Of a stretch of DNA of 64,000 nt, positions 50,425 through 64,000 are shown piece by piece. Below the pieces are notes generated by a model. It had not been told where the DNA came from and ran no database searches. It saw only the letters and a list, made by a program, of their open reading frames with translations. Each line of letters starts with the position of its first letter. The stretch's first letter is position 1. The position numbers and the translations under genes were made by a program. The stretch is from NCBI GenBank assembly GCA_951804945.1, contig OX638153.1, forward strand, positions 22,816,001 to 22,880,000. Direction: 5' to 3'. Source of the stretch: Podarcis cretensis (lineage: Eukaryota).

Positions 50425-53096
50425 TATAACACTAAGACCAGGGATATCCATGTTCAAATCCAAACTCAGTCCTTAAGCTTAGGCCAGTCATTCACTCTCA
50501 GCCTACCCTACCTTGCACAATGTTTCATGACCCAGAGCTCCAGTGCACCCTCCTTAAGTAAAGAGGCCACAGACATAGGCAGCCTCTAAGATCAGAAAAT
50601 CATTTGGCTTCAGAAATTGTCCTTAGATTTTCTTTACATCCTCAGAATGCCCATCATCAGAAAATATCATTTTAAAAAAGTTAATTTATTTCCATACTGC
50701 TTAATTACCAAAGTTTCTAAGCAGTGTACATAAAAATTAAAAAGCTTACAAGGGGCAAGAAGATCAGTTGAAAGTCATAAAACAGCAAAAAAAGAAATCC
50801 TGAAATAATTCTTTGTCAAGCACAAAATTTCAGCTGGGAAGCGGGGCTGTCTAATCTCAGCTGGGAGAGAGTTCACCAGAGTCAGGCCCATGAGACTGAA
50901 TCTGTGGCTTCTGGTACATGTGAGCTGTTCATCTAAGACACTCCCCCAAAGTCATTCCTTAAGGTATTCAAGGTGCATATTGCTAAGGGCCTTGCAGATT
51001 AATACACTAATGTTCTACATAAATAAATACATATCTCCATAGAGATAAATAATATGCACGAAGACCCTGAATGTAGTTTGTGTCTAGGTAAATGTTTTCA
51101 TTGATTTGGCTGTGTGCTTTTATGTATACGAAACAACTTTTGCATAATTTCTGTGACTTGCTTTGTGCAGAGAAAATCTGCATGATTTCAGCTTCTTAAA
51201 CATCACATTTTCATTTTCATCTAAACTTACCACAACACTCATTGCTCCAGCTATTAACGCAAAGCAATTCAAGGGAGAATTCCCCCTCCTCTGCTTAAAA
51301 ACCATTAAAACCATCAGCAAATTACTGATTCCATTAGTCTGAAGAATGTTTGTTGCAATTTACTCCAAGATTTGTATGCCACAATATGTGTGGCCTGCTA
51401 CTGTTTGAGTTCCCTGAACTGTTAAATTGTTGGAGGCTGTGCTCTAAACATCAAGCCTTTCTCGCTATTGGGAAAAAAATGGTTCCTTGTTCAGAAATGT
51501 GTTTGTCTTTCTTTGCACATGGGTTGTGCTGCATTCCAGATCTAATTGCTCCCCCCAGCTCTTATATTAAAATTAAATTGTATAAATAATTAAAAGCCAA
51601 AATGGGCTTCCATTTATTCTAATAGTTCAAAGCCAAGAGCTCCCCATGTGGGAAAGGGGTTTGCAGCTTGCTGTTATTGCCTCTCTCTGCTGAGGAAGTG
51701 CAACCATCAGTCAGTAAAATGGGGGTCTAGCTTCCCAGGGAGAGTAGGAAACTGGAGAGTCTCTAAATAAATAACTTGTCTGTTTAAATGAGGGGAGAAC
51801 AAATGAATTTTGTTTCATTATAAAATCCGCATCTCGTAGCTTCAGCTCTGTCGTTATTCAGTAGCTTTATAGACACAGAACCTTGCAATTTTTAAATATT
51901 TTTTAAAAATAAAAACTGGTTGAAGATAACCTGTATATTTATCTCACTGGATTGTTCATTCTATTTCTGATTGATGACAATTTCACATGGATTCATTCAT
52001 AAGTTGCTTTTGTTCTGTTGTTTCTGCATTAATCTTTATTTTAAAAATCTCCACAGATATGCATTTAAATACATATTTTATCCCAATGTACACACTTCTA
52101 AAGTTATTTTATCCTAAATTACATGTAGTGCAACACATTTTGTTAACCGTTTTTGAGCCTGTATTGCATATTTTGTAGAAGTGTGACATCTAAGTGACAA
52201 GGACGTTGCAATTAGGATCTGTAAATAAAGTCTGTTTTCTTCAGCATTTGCAAAAAAATCCACTTCCTCCAGCATCGCTACTAGATTGAGACAAAAATTT
52301 AAAATACATGGGGATCGAGCAATTCTTCCTCCAATCTTTTGCATATATATTCAGAATTAAAAGCATTCTGGAAATACTTTTCAAGAAGACATGGAAAGTC
52401 TCAAAAGTTTGTGCCAGGTTCTTTGGGACCATGGTCACCAGCTGCATAGCCTCAAATGGCAGAAGTACTTGGAGAATGGCCTCTGATGACAATAGAAGAA
52501 CTTGGCAAGGCTCAGGCAATGCAAAGGCAATCCTTTTCAAATTCCCTTGGCAATCCATTAGGTTGCTATAGCACGTTGAATTTGGGCCAGAAATGAGCAG
52601 GTAGGCAATTTCAGCACTAGCAGAATGTGTTCTGAGTAGCTCAGGAGTGGAGATGCTCAGTTCTAGGTGTCTATTGTGATCTACTTTATCTGGCCCTTGG
52701 TGGTCTCCCCACACCACACCCCCTCAGTGGCCCTGTTTCACCCCTGAGTATTTATGCTTGGCCATAATGTGTCCCTGAACTCTGATAATGCATTGTGCCT
52801 ACCCCTGCTGTAGCTTTCCTGAGTAGGTAGCCTAGCTTCAGTGTCTTGTACTGACAGAACGTTCTGGGAAGCCTTCAAAAGTTGCACCATCTCCAATGAA
52901 TTGCAATAAACCAGTTAAGAGCTCACCAAAATATTGTGGCTTGATGGAGGAATTGCAGTTCATCCACCAGCCTCCTGTTGAAAGATGTTTGGGCTTGCTG
53001 GATCTATGGAGACCCTCCAAGCTGCAAACCTGATCCTTTAGGAGGGAGTGCAATTTCATCCAGAATATATTAAACACTACCTTCAATGGCCAGTCA

Positions 53097-53445
53097 GGTA
53101 AAGGTAAAAGGTAAAGGGACCCCTGACCATTAGGTCCAGTCGCGACCGACTCTGGGGTTCCGGTGCTCATCTCACTTTACTGGCCGAGGGAGCCGGCGTA
53201 CAGCTTCCGGGCCATGTGGCTAGCATGACTAAGCCGCTTCTGGCGAACCAGAGCAGCGCATGGAAACGCCGTTTACCTTCCCGCCAGAGCGGTACCTGTA
53301 TATCTACTTGCACTTTGACGTGCTTTCTCACTGCTAGGTTGGCAGGAGCAAGGACTGAGCAACAGGAGCTCACCCCATCGTGGGGATTCAAACCGCCAAC
53401 CTTCTGATCGGCAAGTCCTAGGCTCTGTGGTTTAACCCACAGCGC
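53097..53445 (-). mobile_element. Sauria SINE
   Basis: Conserved body and tail; 13-bp TSD caatggccagtca / caatggccagcca. Confidence 0.95.
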
Positions 53446-54337
53446 CAATGGCCAGCCAAGCCAGCTACAAAGGTTCTCTGTTTTCGAGCACTTACCCAGT
53501 TCATTGCTGTCTCTACCGCCTCACAAGCCAAATGAAAAATAGAAATAGAGCTTTGTATCTTCCGTGTGTTAACAGCACCTTATTCTGAATCTCTGAATTG
53601 CTTCATTTAAAAGTTTAATGTGGAACATAGGGGTCCCTGTCACACATGCTACTGTTTCTGGTTGCATGGAGACTACAGCAGAAACAAATTTGCTTGCAAA
53701 ATAACCCTTCTCCATGAATTGTTGTAGATTTTTATTACAGATTATTTATAATGAATACATTTGTTATCATTTGCCACTATTAGGTACTTGATCAATGAAA
53801 TCTGATAGCTAACAACATGTAATAGTCTATAATATAAGACAGTATTAAGGACTGATAGTAATTTTTTCCCATTTTTGAGAACTGACAGGTAGTGTCATTT
53901 AATATCTACTGGCTATGTTAATGAGATTTCATATTGCATGCCTGTGAAAGTCAAAACAGGGCCAAAAATCTAAATTGCTTGAATGCCAAGACAAAATTCC
54001 ACAACCAAAATCAAAGTTTGAAGAATTGCATTTAAGGACTGAATTTTTTTGGAGCATTTTGAATATTTCTGAATACTCATTTCAGATCAAGGGCAGACAT
54101 AGTGGTAATTTGGAGGTGCCAGTGTCCATTTGCAAATACATATGTGAGAACAACTTTTGAGTGATAAGTATTGGGGGAAATTATTAATTTCTAGATAGAC
54201 GATATTGCAATGAACAGCCCATCTAATCAGCCTTGGAATGTTTATATGAGGATATTAATTCCCTGCCTGAATGAGGAATTGCTGGTTTTCTATTGGTTGA
54301 GAGGTTTGCCATTCTGACTCACTTGCAGCCAATAAGA

Positions 54338-54473
54338 CAGGCATGGGCAAACTTGGCCCTCCAGCTGTTTTGGGACTACAACTCCCATCACCCTTGACCA
54401 CTGGTCCTGTTAGCTAGGGATGATGGGAGTTGTAGTCCCAAAACAGCTGGAGGGCCAAATTTGGCCATGCCTG
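54338..54473. mobile_element. Palindromic hAT MITE
   Basis: Near-perfect ~50-bp inverted arms; perfect 8-bp TSD caataaga. Confidence 0.92.
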
Positions 54474-54951
54474 CAATAAGAAAACCAAATGCCAAGATAC
54501 TGTGGGGGAGTTGGCGAATGAGACAAAGAGAAGGAGACCCGTAAAAGCAAGTTAGATAGGTTAGGTTAAGGCAAATTTGAGTGCCCATTGACTTAAAGTG
54601 CATTGCTGTAGAACCTGAATTGTTTCTTTTATGAATTTTTACCCATTAGACTAGGGGTGGGGAACCTTTTAAGCCCAGTATGCCAATGTTCTTATTTTCA
54701 CAAGCCCTCTCAGCACCCATCAGCTGATGAGCGCTGAAAGGCATCACCTTTGAAGCACATTTCCAATAGAAACTGCTTGGAGATGCACTTCAAAGTGCTG
54801 TCTTTCAGTACCCATCAGCTGACAGGCGCTGAGTGACATTGCCTTTGAAGTGAATTTCCAAGTGGTTAGAAATGCAATTTCTCCAGTTCACATTATGTAT
54901 ATGGCCACTGATTTATGACATAATGTGAAATTCCAGCTTCATGTATTCTCA

Positions 54952-55053
54952 TAAATGTGTTTTTAAAAAATGTGCTGGAAACATTGACTAATTGATTGAG
55001 TTTAAATGTGTTTTTAAAAAATGTGCTGGAAACATTGACTAATTGATTGAGTT
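54952..55053. repeat. Perfect 51-bp tandem duplication
   Basis: 54952-55002 identical to 55003-55053. Confidence 0.95.
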
Positions 55054-58000
55054 TACTTATATTCCACTTTCCCACAATGAGCTGCACCCAAAGCAGCTTA
55101 CAGCAAACATTCAAAACACTGGAATACAGAGCATTGAAAATACAAATGTACAAAATACAGAACAGTAAATTAAAAAAACAACAAAAAATATCCATTTGGC
55201 AAACATGTGTTTATGTCCTGGGCATGCCTACTGATTATTATGCCACCCATTTAAATTATTAGCGGAGAAGAGGAAGAGGAACCAGTGCATTTCTCATAGA
55301 AGCTTTTGTTCATAAATTCAGATGTTGGTCTCACTCTGAGCGCTGCTCTGGTGTGATGGTTGGAAACACAGTGATGAGCTGCTGCTGCACAAGACACAAA
55401 GAAATTGTAGCATAGACCTAGATTCTGAAAGATTGTGCTGTGTGTGTATGTTTGTGCTTGTGTGTGTGTGCTTTTGTTCTGTTATCTTTAGATGCACAAC
55501 TCAAGCCCTCCAGAAAGGAATCCAATGGCATAGCCCCTATTAGCGTGACAGGCACTTACTACAGCACAGCAGCTGGTAGGTTTACAACTGCTTGCTTAAT
55601 AACGGCTCCTGCATTAGCTGCCACAGATCAAAGCTCTGTCTTTTTATCCCTGCCCAGGAGGAGCGATGGATGTGTGCTGCCCCCTGTGGTTGTCTCCTGC
55701 ATGGCAATGTTTCTCAGGTTACACATTTTCAGTCTCAAGCTGAGCAATAGTTTTGAGCCGGTGGCAAGCCCTCGGACCCCATGGTCTTCCGACAGGGATG
55801 GACTATTTATGTGCTGTCTCTTTTATTTTATCTAATGCAATTAGGAAAGAGACCATTTTCCTAACCATGGCAATGAACAAAGGAGACCTACTAAGTATGT
55901 GTGTGTGTAGCAATAGCTATGAATGAATGTTCGTAACACCAGAATTTTCAGTTGTCTTGCTCTGTTAGAGCAGACTTTCATCTTACATAAGCACAGTGTA
56001 GAAAATGGTACTTCCCCTCGAAAACATGCAGGGGAATGTAGCCCATGTCCTGAAACCATCGTGTATTTTCCTCCCACGTCAGGGGCATGCCCTCCGGAGA
56101 AAGACGATGATAAATGGCTTCAGCTTTCTACAAAAGACTCATCCTTTTTACCGTGCGTCATTCCATCCTTCAAAGCGTTCTATTTTAACATGGTTCTTTT
56201 CTCACCATTTTTGCATAATGATGGTGATGATTCTCACCACTTGGCCATTATCTCCCGTGCCAAAAAAGAGAGAAAAAACTAGTTCATCATGGATTAGAAA
56301 CATCGAAGAAGTTTGTAATTCCCTGGCTGAGAATGCAAAATGTACCGGCTTGTAATGCTCACTGTCAGTACAAACGTGAGCATTCTGCTTCTTGAGTTCT
56401 GCAGCTCTTATTGTAATCCAGACTCCAGAAGAACTCCTAAATCCCTCCAATCCATTTTCCCCACCCTTATCTGCTTACCTGGCTGCTGCAGCAGCTGCTG
56501 TGATGGTGATAGCAGATATAGGACCTTTCATCCTTTGGGAGCATGCAGACTAGAATCCTAGAACTGTAGAGTTGCGGGTCCTTTAGTCCCATGCCCTGTA
56601 ATGCTGTTCCTGCTATGTCAGGAACCTACCTGCCAGGCCTCTTGAGCAAACAACATTTCCTAGGTGGGCTCACTGGATCAGATGCCACATTCCCAGTGAT
56701 CATGTTGGGACGCTGATGGGACCTGAAGGTGCTCATACATATGCTCAGAAGTCAGAGGGTTTTCCCCCCTGCAAAAAGTAAAATAAGAAAAAAAAGCTAG
56801 GATATCAATTGAACCCAGGAGTGGGATTTCCTTTGTCTAGTATGGAGGATGGTGAGAAACACTGGAGAAGGAACTGGTGCGTTCAGCTGATTTATGTTAA
56901 GCAATTGGATACATATGCAAAATTTAGACTACTGTAAAATCCTATGTAAAGCAGAGCTTTCAGCCTGTTTACTTGTTCCAATAATAAGTCAAATGAATTA
57001 AATACGTTTACAAAACTGCAGGTAAGTGAAATTTTCAGACTGAATGAGTATTTAAAAAGGTACAGTTTAATAATCAAAAACTACTCCAATGGTTAGAGCA
57101 ACATTTACCATCTCTACATTCAAAAACATTATAGAAGGAAAATGGCTTCAAACAATAAACAGGTTTGCTTTTCAGTCTTATCCCTACCAATTAAAATTTG
57201 CTATCAGTAATCACTAAAGCTTTAGTTGAGTAAGCAGCCGATTAAACTGATTAAGCCCTGACTTTCAGTAAATAAGAGTTTTATCCTGCAGAGTGTAAGA
57301 GAGTTTCTTTATTGTATAATCACCTTCTGATTATATTGAGCTGTTCCAATTCACTTGGTGAATCCAGTGTTGGGTTAGACTGTGCGTCTCTGAGGGTATG
57401 GCTATCTGTTCTCCAAATACTTGTCCCAGGGGGTGCACTGTAGAAAATCACCAGTAGCTAAATATCAGGATGTGTTATAATGGTTTTTTATGATGGTCAT
57501 CTAGAGTTCTAGATGTGCTTCTGCAACAAAAAATAAATGAGACAACAGGTGGCTCTTATGATATGTTCAAATTAACTTCTTTGTCCTGGTTTACCGTAAG
57601 TTGAAAACTAATGTTCAGCAAATACGGGATTCAAATTGCATGTGTCGTGCACATTTTCATTTGATTATTTCATTTGATTCTATGTTAAGATCCAATATGT
57701 CAATTTATGAAATGGTGCGGAATGTATGGCTGTCCAGATATTGTTGGACTACAACTCCCTTCAGCCATGACCATTAGCCATGCTGGCTGAGGCTGATGGA
57801 AAATGGAATCCAACAATATATCGAAGGCCACAGCTTGTCCATCCTTGATTGATGAAAGCTAGTAAGACACCCTCAGACTTGTTGCTGAAAAATGGTACAA
57901 AAATTATTTGACAGGCAAATGATCCCACACTGCACCCCAGGATCTTCTCCAAAGCACATGACAAATAGCATTAGCACCTTCCACCCTTGTGAACCGAGGT

Positions 58001-58835
58001 TAGCACATATGTGCTAGAATTGGGTCCACTAAGAATGGAGGAGCTTGAAAGTGTTAGGCGGTCATTCACCCACCGTCCCCGCCAACTCGGAGGCAGGCTT
58101 TTGAGCAAGGCCAAAATTTGGCATCCCCAAATGGATGTTTTCAATTTCGTTCCCCCTTGGCTCAGTGCCCTGTACCAGGGAACTGCCCGCACCACCCTAA
58201 ATCTGGTGCTGCTTGCCCCCACAACCCACACCATTTCCCACCCATTCCCAAACTTCTGGTGAGCAAGGATCAGCTGCACAACCCGTTGTGCCATATATTA
58301 CCGGAGTCTCCCACCTCCTGCGGTTCTTGCCCTACACCCCAAAAGCCAGGTGGATAGCTTGGATGAGCCACAAAGGGCTCAGCTGGAAAATGGCACAGGG
58401 AATGCTGCACCTGTTCCTATGAGTCACTGCCAAAGCACAGCATCTCAAAACTATGCAATGAGAGGTTGAGTGGCTGAACAAACACTTATTTGCACCTTTG
58501 ATAGCCTGTGCATATGAAACTTCCACCTTCTATCATGTCTTCAAGGATTGGGGGTCTCCACTGTGTTGAAGCAGAGCTTGTCAATTGGGGTGGGGAGCAA
58601 CACATATGATAAAACGGCACCATGCAGATTAGGGGTAGCAGGATCTCTCCAGTTCAGTTTGCTCATGGTCTACATTTTGTAATCTGAAAATCAGTTCTCC
58701 ATATTTCTGCAGCAACTTGAGATTTTTTCTGTAAAGAAACCATAAAACTTCAGCATTTTCTCCCCTAATGAATGCATTTTTGTATGCACTTTTGACTAAG
58801 TTACAAATTTTGCAAGCTGTTTTTATATATGTATA

Positions 58836-59061
58836 CAGTGGTACCTCGGGTTAAGTACTTGATTCGTTCTGGAGGTCCGTACTTAACCAAAAACTGTTCT
58901 TAACCTGAAGCACCACTTTAGCTAATGGGGCCTCCTACTGCTGCTGTACCGCCGGAGCATAATTTCTGTTCTCATCCTGAAGCAAAGTTCTTAACCTGAA
59001 GCACTATTTCTGGGTTAGCGGAGTCTGTAACCTGAAGCGTATGTAACCCGAGGTACCACTG
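58836..59061. mobile_element. Tc1/mariner MITE
   Basis: cagtggtacctcgggtta TIR; TA on left, TG on right; (TG)n follows at ~59076-59110. Confidence 0.9.
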
Positions 59062-59067
59062 TGTGTA

Positions 59068-59111
<44 letters not shown>

Positions 59112-60559
59112 TGCATTTTTTTTTGGGGGGGGTAATTTTAATGCTTCCATTCTTAAGCATTTTCTTAATCAGATTTGTTTGAGGGAAGCAAGTTGATAGT
59201 AAAAGCAACAAAGAGGCTTATGGCACCTTAAAAATTAACACATTTTCTCATGGGAGAAGATTTCAGGGATCAGAAAACTTCCACTTTATTGTTTTTGCTG
59301 CATCAGACTAAGTTACAACCCCCTGGAAAGAGATAGAAGTATTTTTTGATGTCCCGTCGCAAGAGAAATCTCTAATTCAAACTCTCTTTATTTGCATACT
59401 GCTATTCTGTACGCATTACACTCAAAGCAGTGCAGCTTGCAGAACAAGCAAGATATATTGTTACACACTACTCCTCTGTATAAAAGATAATTCAAAACAG
59501 TTTCCTAATAGATTCATAATAACCCCAGTATCATAATATCAAAATAATTCATTCATAATTCATAACTAACAGGAATAAAGTATGACATCCTTTGATCTAG
59601 ATGGTCAGAGTGGCAGAAGGAGCCCATTTTTACAGGAATGGATAGATCATTTTATTTCCAGTCTGTGCCATTCTCATGTGTTCATTCATAAGCCCATTCC
59701 ATCCCATTTCCATATAAATATAATAATGATAATAATAATAAGCACAACACAAATTAAAATTTGGGTTTAAATATACTTCTAATGTTAACATATGCATTTT
59801 ATCCAAAAATATGTTTTAAAGATTTTTTTTGGTTATGCTTGAGCAGAGGAGTGTTTCACAAAATTTGCAAAAGTGCAAAATCTGAAGAATAAATACATTT
59901 TACTCAGCATAGAACTTTAAGAGGCAGGGGGCAGGGCAGTTTGCATCTCAATGCATGGAAATCCATTTCCTCAAATATCCCTACTTTTAAAGAGCAGGTA
60001 AAGCCTCTTCTCAGTCCCAGGTATTGGTAGGAACAGGCAAAATGCTCTTGGAGTCAGGGGGAAATAGCAAAAGCTTTCTCCTTTAGCATAGTTCACCAGA
60101 TTTAATATGAAATAGTTAGGGTGTGGTGCTAGCAGTTTTCCAAAATACTGAATTCACTGACAGTTCTGTATGCCTAGAGAGATATGGCATGTTCATGGTG
60201 ATTGCAAAGGAATAGCAAACAGCATGAAAGAAACATAGGAATAGCACACTAGCCCATATTTACTCCTGATGCATCTCTGGTGGTTTCACAGAATTCACAT
60301 TTTACTTATAGCATGAAAAGGAAGTGTCAGAAAATAATGGATAAATTCTTCAGTCAATCATCAGCTGTTCTTTGAAACAACAATAGAGATTGGGATGGTC
60401 TCATTTGCCCATGTTATTCCTCTGAAATTCACCAAGCCGTGTTAGTTTACATTATCAGTAGTTTCCAAACTGATTTCTAGGGAAACCTGGAACTTCTTTG
60501 AAGCTTGTTTCCTTTCCTTTTTAGAATTGTGAGCTTTATATGTTTTTAAGATGCCACAA

Positions 60560-60932
60560 GGGGACGCGGGTGGCACTGTGGGTTAAACCACAGAGCCTAG
60601 GACTTGCTGATCAGAAGAAGGTTGATGGTTCAAATCCCCGCAATGGGGTGAGCTTCCATTGCTTGGTCCCTGCTCCTGCCCACCTAGCAGTTCGAAAGCA
60701 CATCAAAGTGCAAGTAGATAAATAGGTACCGCTCCAGCAGGAAGGTAAACGGCATTTCCGTGTGCTGCTCTGATTCGCCAGAAGCGGCTTAGTCATGCTG
60801 GCCACATGACCCGGAAGCTGTCTGCGGACAAACGCCAGCTCCCTCGGCCTATAGAGCAAGATGAGTGCCGCAACCCAAGAGTCGGCCACGACTGGACCTA
60901 ATGGTCAGGGGTCCCTTTACCCTTTACCTTTT
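60560..60932 (+). mobile_element. Sauria SINE, full length
   Basis: gggacgcgggtggcactgtgggttaaacc head; 11-bp TSD agatgccacaa. Confidence 0.95.
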
Positions 60933-61342
60933 AGATGCCACAACAGGGCCTACCCATTAATGAGACAAACAGAGGCAGATGCCTCAGGTGGCAAAATCCA
61001 AAGGGCATCTCAGCAGGTGCTCCCTACCCCCACCCTTGGGCACTGTCAGAGAAGCAAGGATAAGTGGTTACAGTAGTACCCAGGTTCTGGTAATATCTTG
61101 TGGGGTTCCCATGCAATTTCGCCAGAACTCAGCAACCCTGCTAAGTGAGGGTTTGGTGGGGCTGGACAGCACCTTCCTGGTTTGCTTCAGGTGGCAAAAT
61201 GGGATGGGCAACCCACAATGATTCCTTAGTGGGTGAATTGATAATGGTGGAGAAGCTTTACCCAAAGTCAGCTTGCCCTCCATTACGCTGGCTGAATTAG
61301 TCTCTCTCCCTCTGTCCCCCCAAATGAAGAACAGGTAGGATA

Positions 61343-61568
61343 CAGTGGTACCTCAGGTTACATACGCTTCAGGTTACAGACTCCACTAACCCAGAAATAG
61401 TGCTTCAGGTTAAGAACTTTGCTTCAGGATGAGAACAGAAATCAGGCTCCAGCAGTGCGGCAGCGGCAGGAGGCCCCATTAGCTAAAGTGGTGTTTCAGG
61501 TTAAGAGCAGTTTCAGGTTAAGAACGGACCTCCGGAACGAATTAAGTACTTAACCTGAGGTACCACTG
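61343..61568. mobile_element. Tc1/mariner MITE
   Basis: cagtggtacctcaggtta TIR, TA TSD. Confidence 0.92.
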
Positions 61569-62486
61569 TAATTTCTAAATGTCTCTGTCACAGAGGAGCT
61601 GGTAGCTCAGGGATCCCATCAAGAAGGAACTGATTTGAACAATGCACAAGCAAATTTAGAGCTCAGTTGTTGAGCTAATTCAGTGAAGAATATTAGGTGA
61701 GGATGCTGTACCCTTTTGCTGTATGGGTGACTTTATGCTGCATTTCATATTCATTTTTTCTCTCATATATATTTATCATCTATATCTATCTATCTATCCA
61801 CACACACACACACTTTGATTGTATAAAAATGAAGAAAAAATAAACAAAAAGCAATGAGAGATCAGGGACTGCTGTAATTGGCAGCACAGTTACTTGGAAG
61901 AAAGTCCTATTAAAATTAATACGACTTGCTTCTGAATAAATATAGTTAAGATTGGGTTGTGAATGCAATCTGTTCATTTAATCCAGTTTAATGCTACCCT
62001 TTCAAATGGCTGGGGCATAGTTCCTCAATTAAACAGTGCCTCTGTGGCTGCTCCCATTTCACAAAGGTCCCATCTAAAACCTCTGCCCACAAGCTATGGG
62101 CACTTTGTGTGGTTCTAAACCAGACCTTCATTGGTTGCCAGGACAACTAAGTAAGAGATGTGGGATAGAAAATATATGCCTCCTCTGAAATCAGATGCCT
62201 GAAGCTGGACTATGTCAAATCTTCTGATATATTTCTCTCGCTTTATCAAAACTTTTTAATGGTTTCCCACCACATTCTTCTGATACTTTTCCCTGAGCTG
62301 TAACAAGCACATTCACTTTCAAAATTCACTTTCAGTCAATTCAGAAATGTTTTGGACATACTGCAAAATCCCTCCAGCCTCGTAGAAACACTTTTGCTTT
62401 CTTGTGGTGTGGAGGGGAAGGAACTGCTAGTTTTGCTTTGAGTTCTGCTTTAGACATCTACTTGACGTTACACATTTACCTTTACT

Positions 62487-62622
62487 CAGTGCTATTTTTC
62501 TAGAAAAAGAGGTGCCAGAACTCACTATGAACACATCGCTTGTTCTCTTATAATGGCAATGCTGCCCACCTGAGAGGTGCCAGAACTGAGTTCCGGTGAG
62601 TTCTGAATGAAAAAAGGCCCTG
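62487..62622. mobile_element. Small hAT MITE
   Basis: cagtgc.../...gccctg termini; 8-bp TSD cctttact / ccttcact. Confidence 0.85.
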
Positions 62623-63887
62623 CCTTCACTTTTAAAAAAACAGCCGGGTTTTTTTTAACCCTTACAAAAAAAACAACCCTGTAGACTAGCAAAACAAATT
62701 GTGACTGACATTGATTTGCAAAGGAGTGGTGCACACCAAAATGCTAAATTATCAAGATTTGAGAAGTCAAACACCAGTTTGTTGCTAACCCTTGAAATAC
62801 ACATTTGGTTTCAGACCTGGAATCAGGGAACCTGGGTCATCACCAAACAGCTACAAAATGATGAAGTGGGGAGCTTGAGTTGCAGTGGGAAAGTTTTCAA
62901 AACCCTCCTCCTCTCCCCCCCCCCCCCCGATCCCATTCTGCCTGCCTGGGATCTGGAGACATGTTTGCAGCCGCATGTGGTAAAGACCCAATTCTGCTCC
63001 CAAATATATAGTTCTAAATATTAATTTGAGATTACCATCATGACAGATGCACCTGTCAGTCTTTTGTGAACGATAAAGTGGGAGCGTATTTCCCTCCACT
63101 AAGGAAATTATTTGTTAGTAGTGTGTTCACAAATAGGTTCTGAGTATGAAATAGATTGTGATAGAAAAGAAGACAATCTACAAACTCCTTCCCTCCACCA
63201 CACAGATGTAAATCTGTTTATTCTTTGTCATGATAAAAAGGAATTTTCATAACAACTGCACATTTGATCGGGATGCTCAAACATTCAGCTGCATTAATAT
63301 TTATGATTGCCTCCCCCCTTTCTCTTCCATATCTCCTAATCTTAGCCTTATATTGAAATGAAATTTTCTTTTAAAAAAGGTAAAGAGGAAAAATGTGCTC
63401 TTTTGATAAGGAACATGGCTGACCTTGGTTGTTAGGGTTTTTGCTTAAGGTTGTCTGGTAACAAAGGTGCATCCTACATGCACTTACTGGGAAACTGTTT
63501 TATACTGGGTGCAGGATCTGTATTTATGAGTAACTGTGACACATAGAAACAGGTGAGATTGTGATGATTTAATGCTCCCATGCAACACGCATAGACAGCA
63601 GTTATTACTTGTAAATGGGGGGGGGAGAGACATCTCTATTCAGGCTAGTAATGGTACAAGCTTGGCAGGAGTCACAATTCAGGAGTTCAAGGACAATGGA
63701 AGAAGTTCAGAATTGAATGGAAGCAATGAAGGTGTCCCAACAAGGTCCTACATCCCACCTGCCAAGCTGTTAAGATGAAGAATGATGCACTAACTTCCAC
63801 TAGACTTCCTCACTTTGCAGCAAAGTTGGGATTGCAAGCATGCACTCCCATGAGGGCGGGTGGGTCTCTAAGGAGTTCAGCCTACAC

Positions 63888-64000
63888 TCAAGAAAAAGAA
63901 CAAAGGACAATAGTCCCACTTCACGAAACACAGTAACACAAACATCCTGTCTTCGTCACTTCCCACTCTGTGGAGTCAAAACATATACCATCATGTGATA
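63888..64000 (-). mobile_element. LTR fragment, same family as 42318-42740, runs off the window
   Basis: Direct sequence match. Confidence 0.75.

Noticed and set aside
60560-60650. tRNA-like A/B boxes in SINE heads
   Set aside because: These are Sauria SINE promoters, not tRNA genes.
42318-64000. Paired LTRs at 42318 and 63888 as one element
   Set aside because: They are 21 kb apart with no internal coding region, and the second copy is truncated.
1-64000. CRISPR arrays, operons, rRNA or other prokaryote-type systems
   Set aside because: The sequence is vertebrate intronic DNA, and no regularly spaced repeat-spacer array or gene cluster is present.

Overview
This window is vertebrate, repeat-rich, almost entirely intronic DNA. 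The Sauria SINE/BovB/L1/CR1 content points to a squamate, probably a lacertid lizard (inference from recalled repeat families). The only host coding sequence I can support is a 27-nt + strand microexon at 24386-24412 encoding (x)HHLGIEFM(E). This is the juxtamembrane stalk exon of a neuregulin, best matching NRG3, whose flanking introns are very large, so the whole window probably lies inside that gene. The rest is transposable elements: Sauria SINEs, BovB fragments, L1/L2/CR1 fragments, Tc1/mariner and hAT MITEs (several nested), LTR fragments, a decayed Gypsy gag and microsatellites. The most unusual object is a ~2.1 kb L1 derivative at 125-2240. It has an apparently intact 5' end, an open ORF1-like frame, only the last ~35 codons of ORF2 and a poly(A) tail (a 'half-L1'-like architecture), and it is flanked by an exceptionally long duplication of at least 124 bp. 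Nearly all other ORFs in the supplied track are chance or repeat-derived. Family names are recalled, not database-verified, and I see no evidence for a new multi-gene system.
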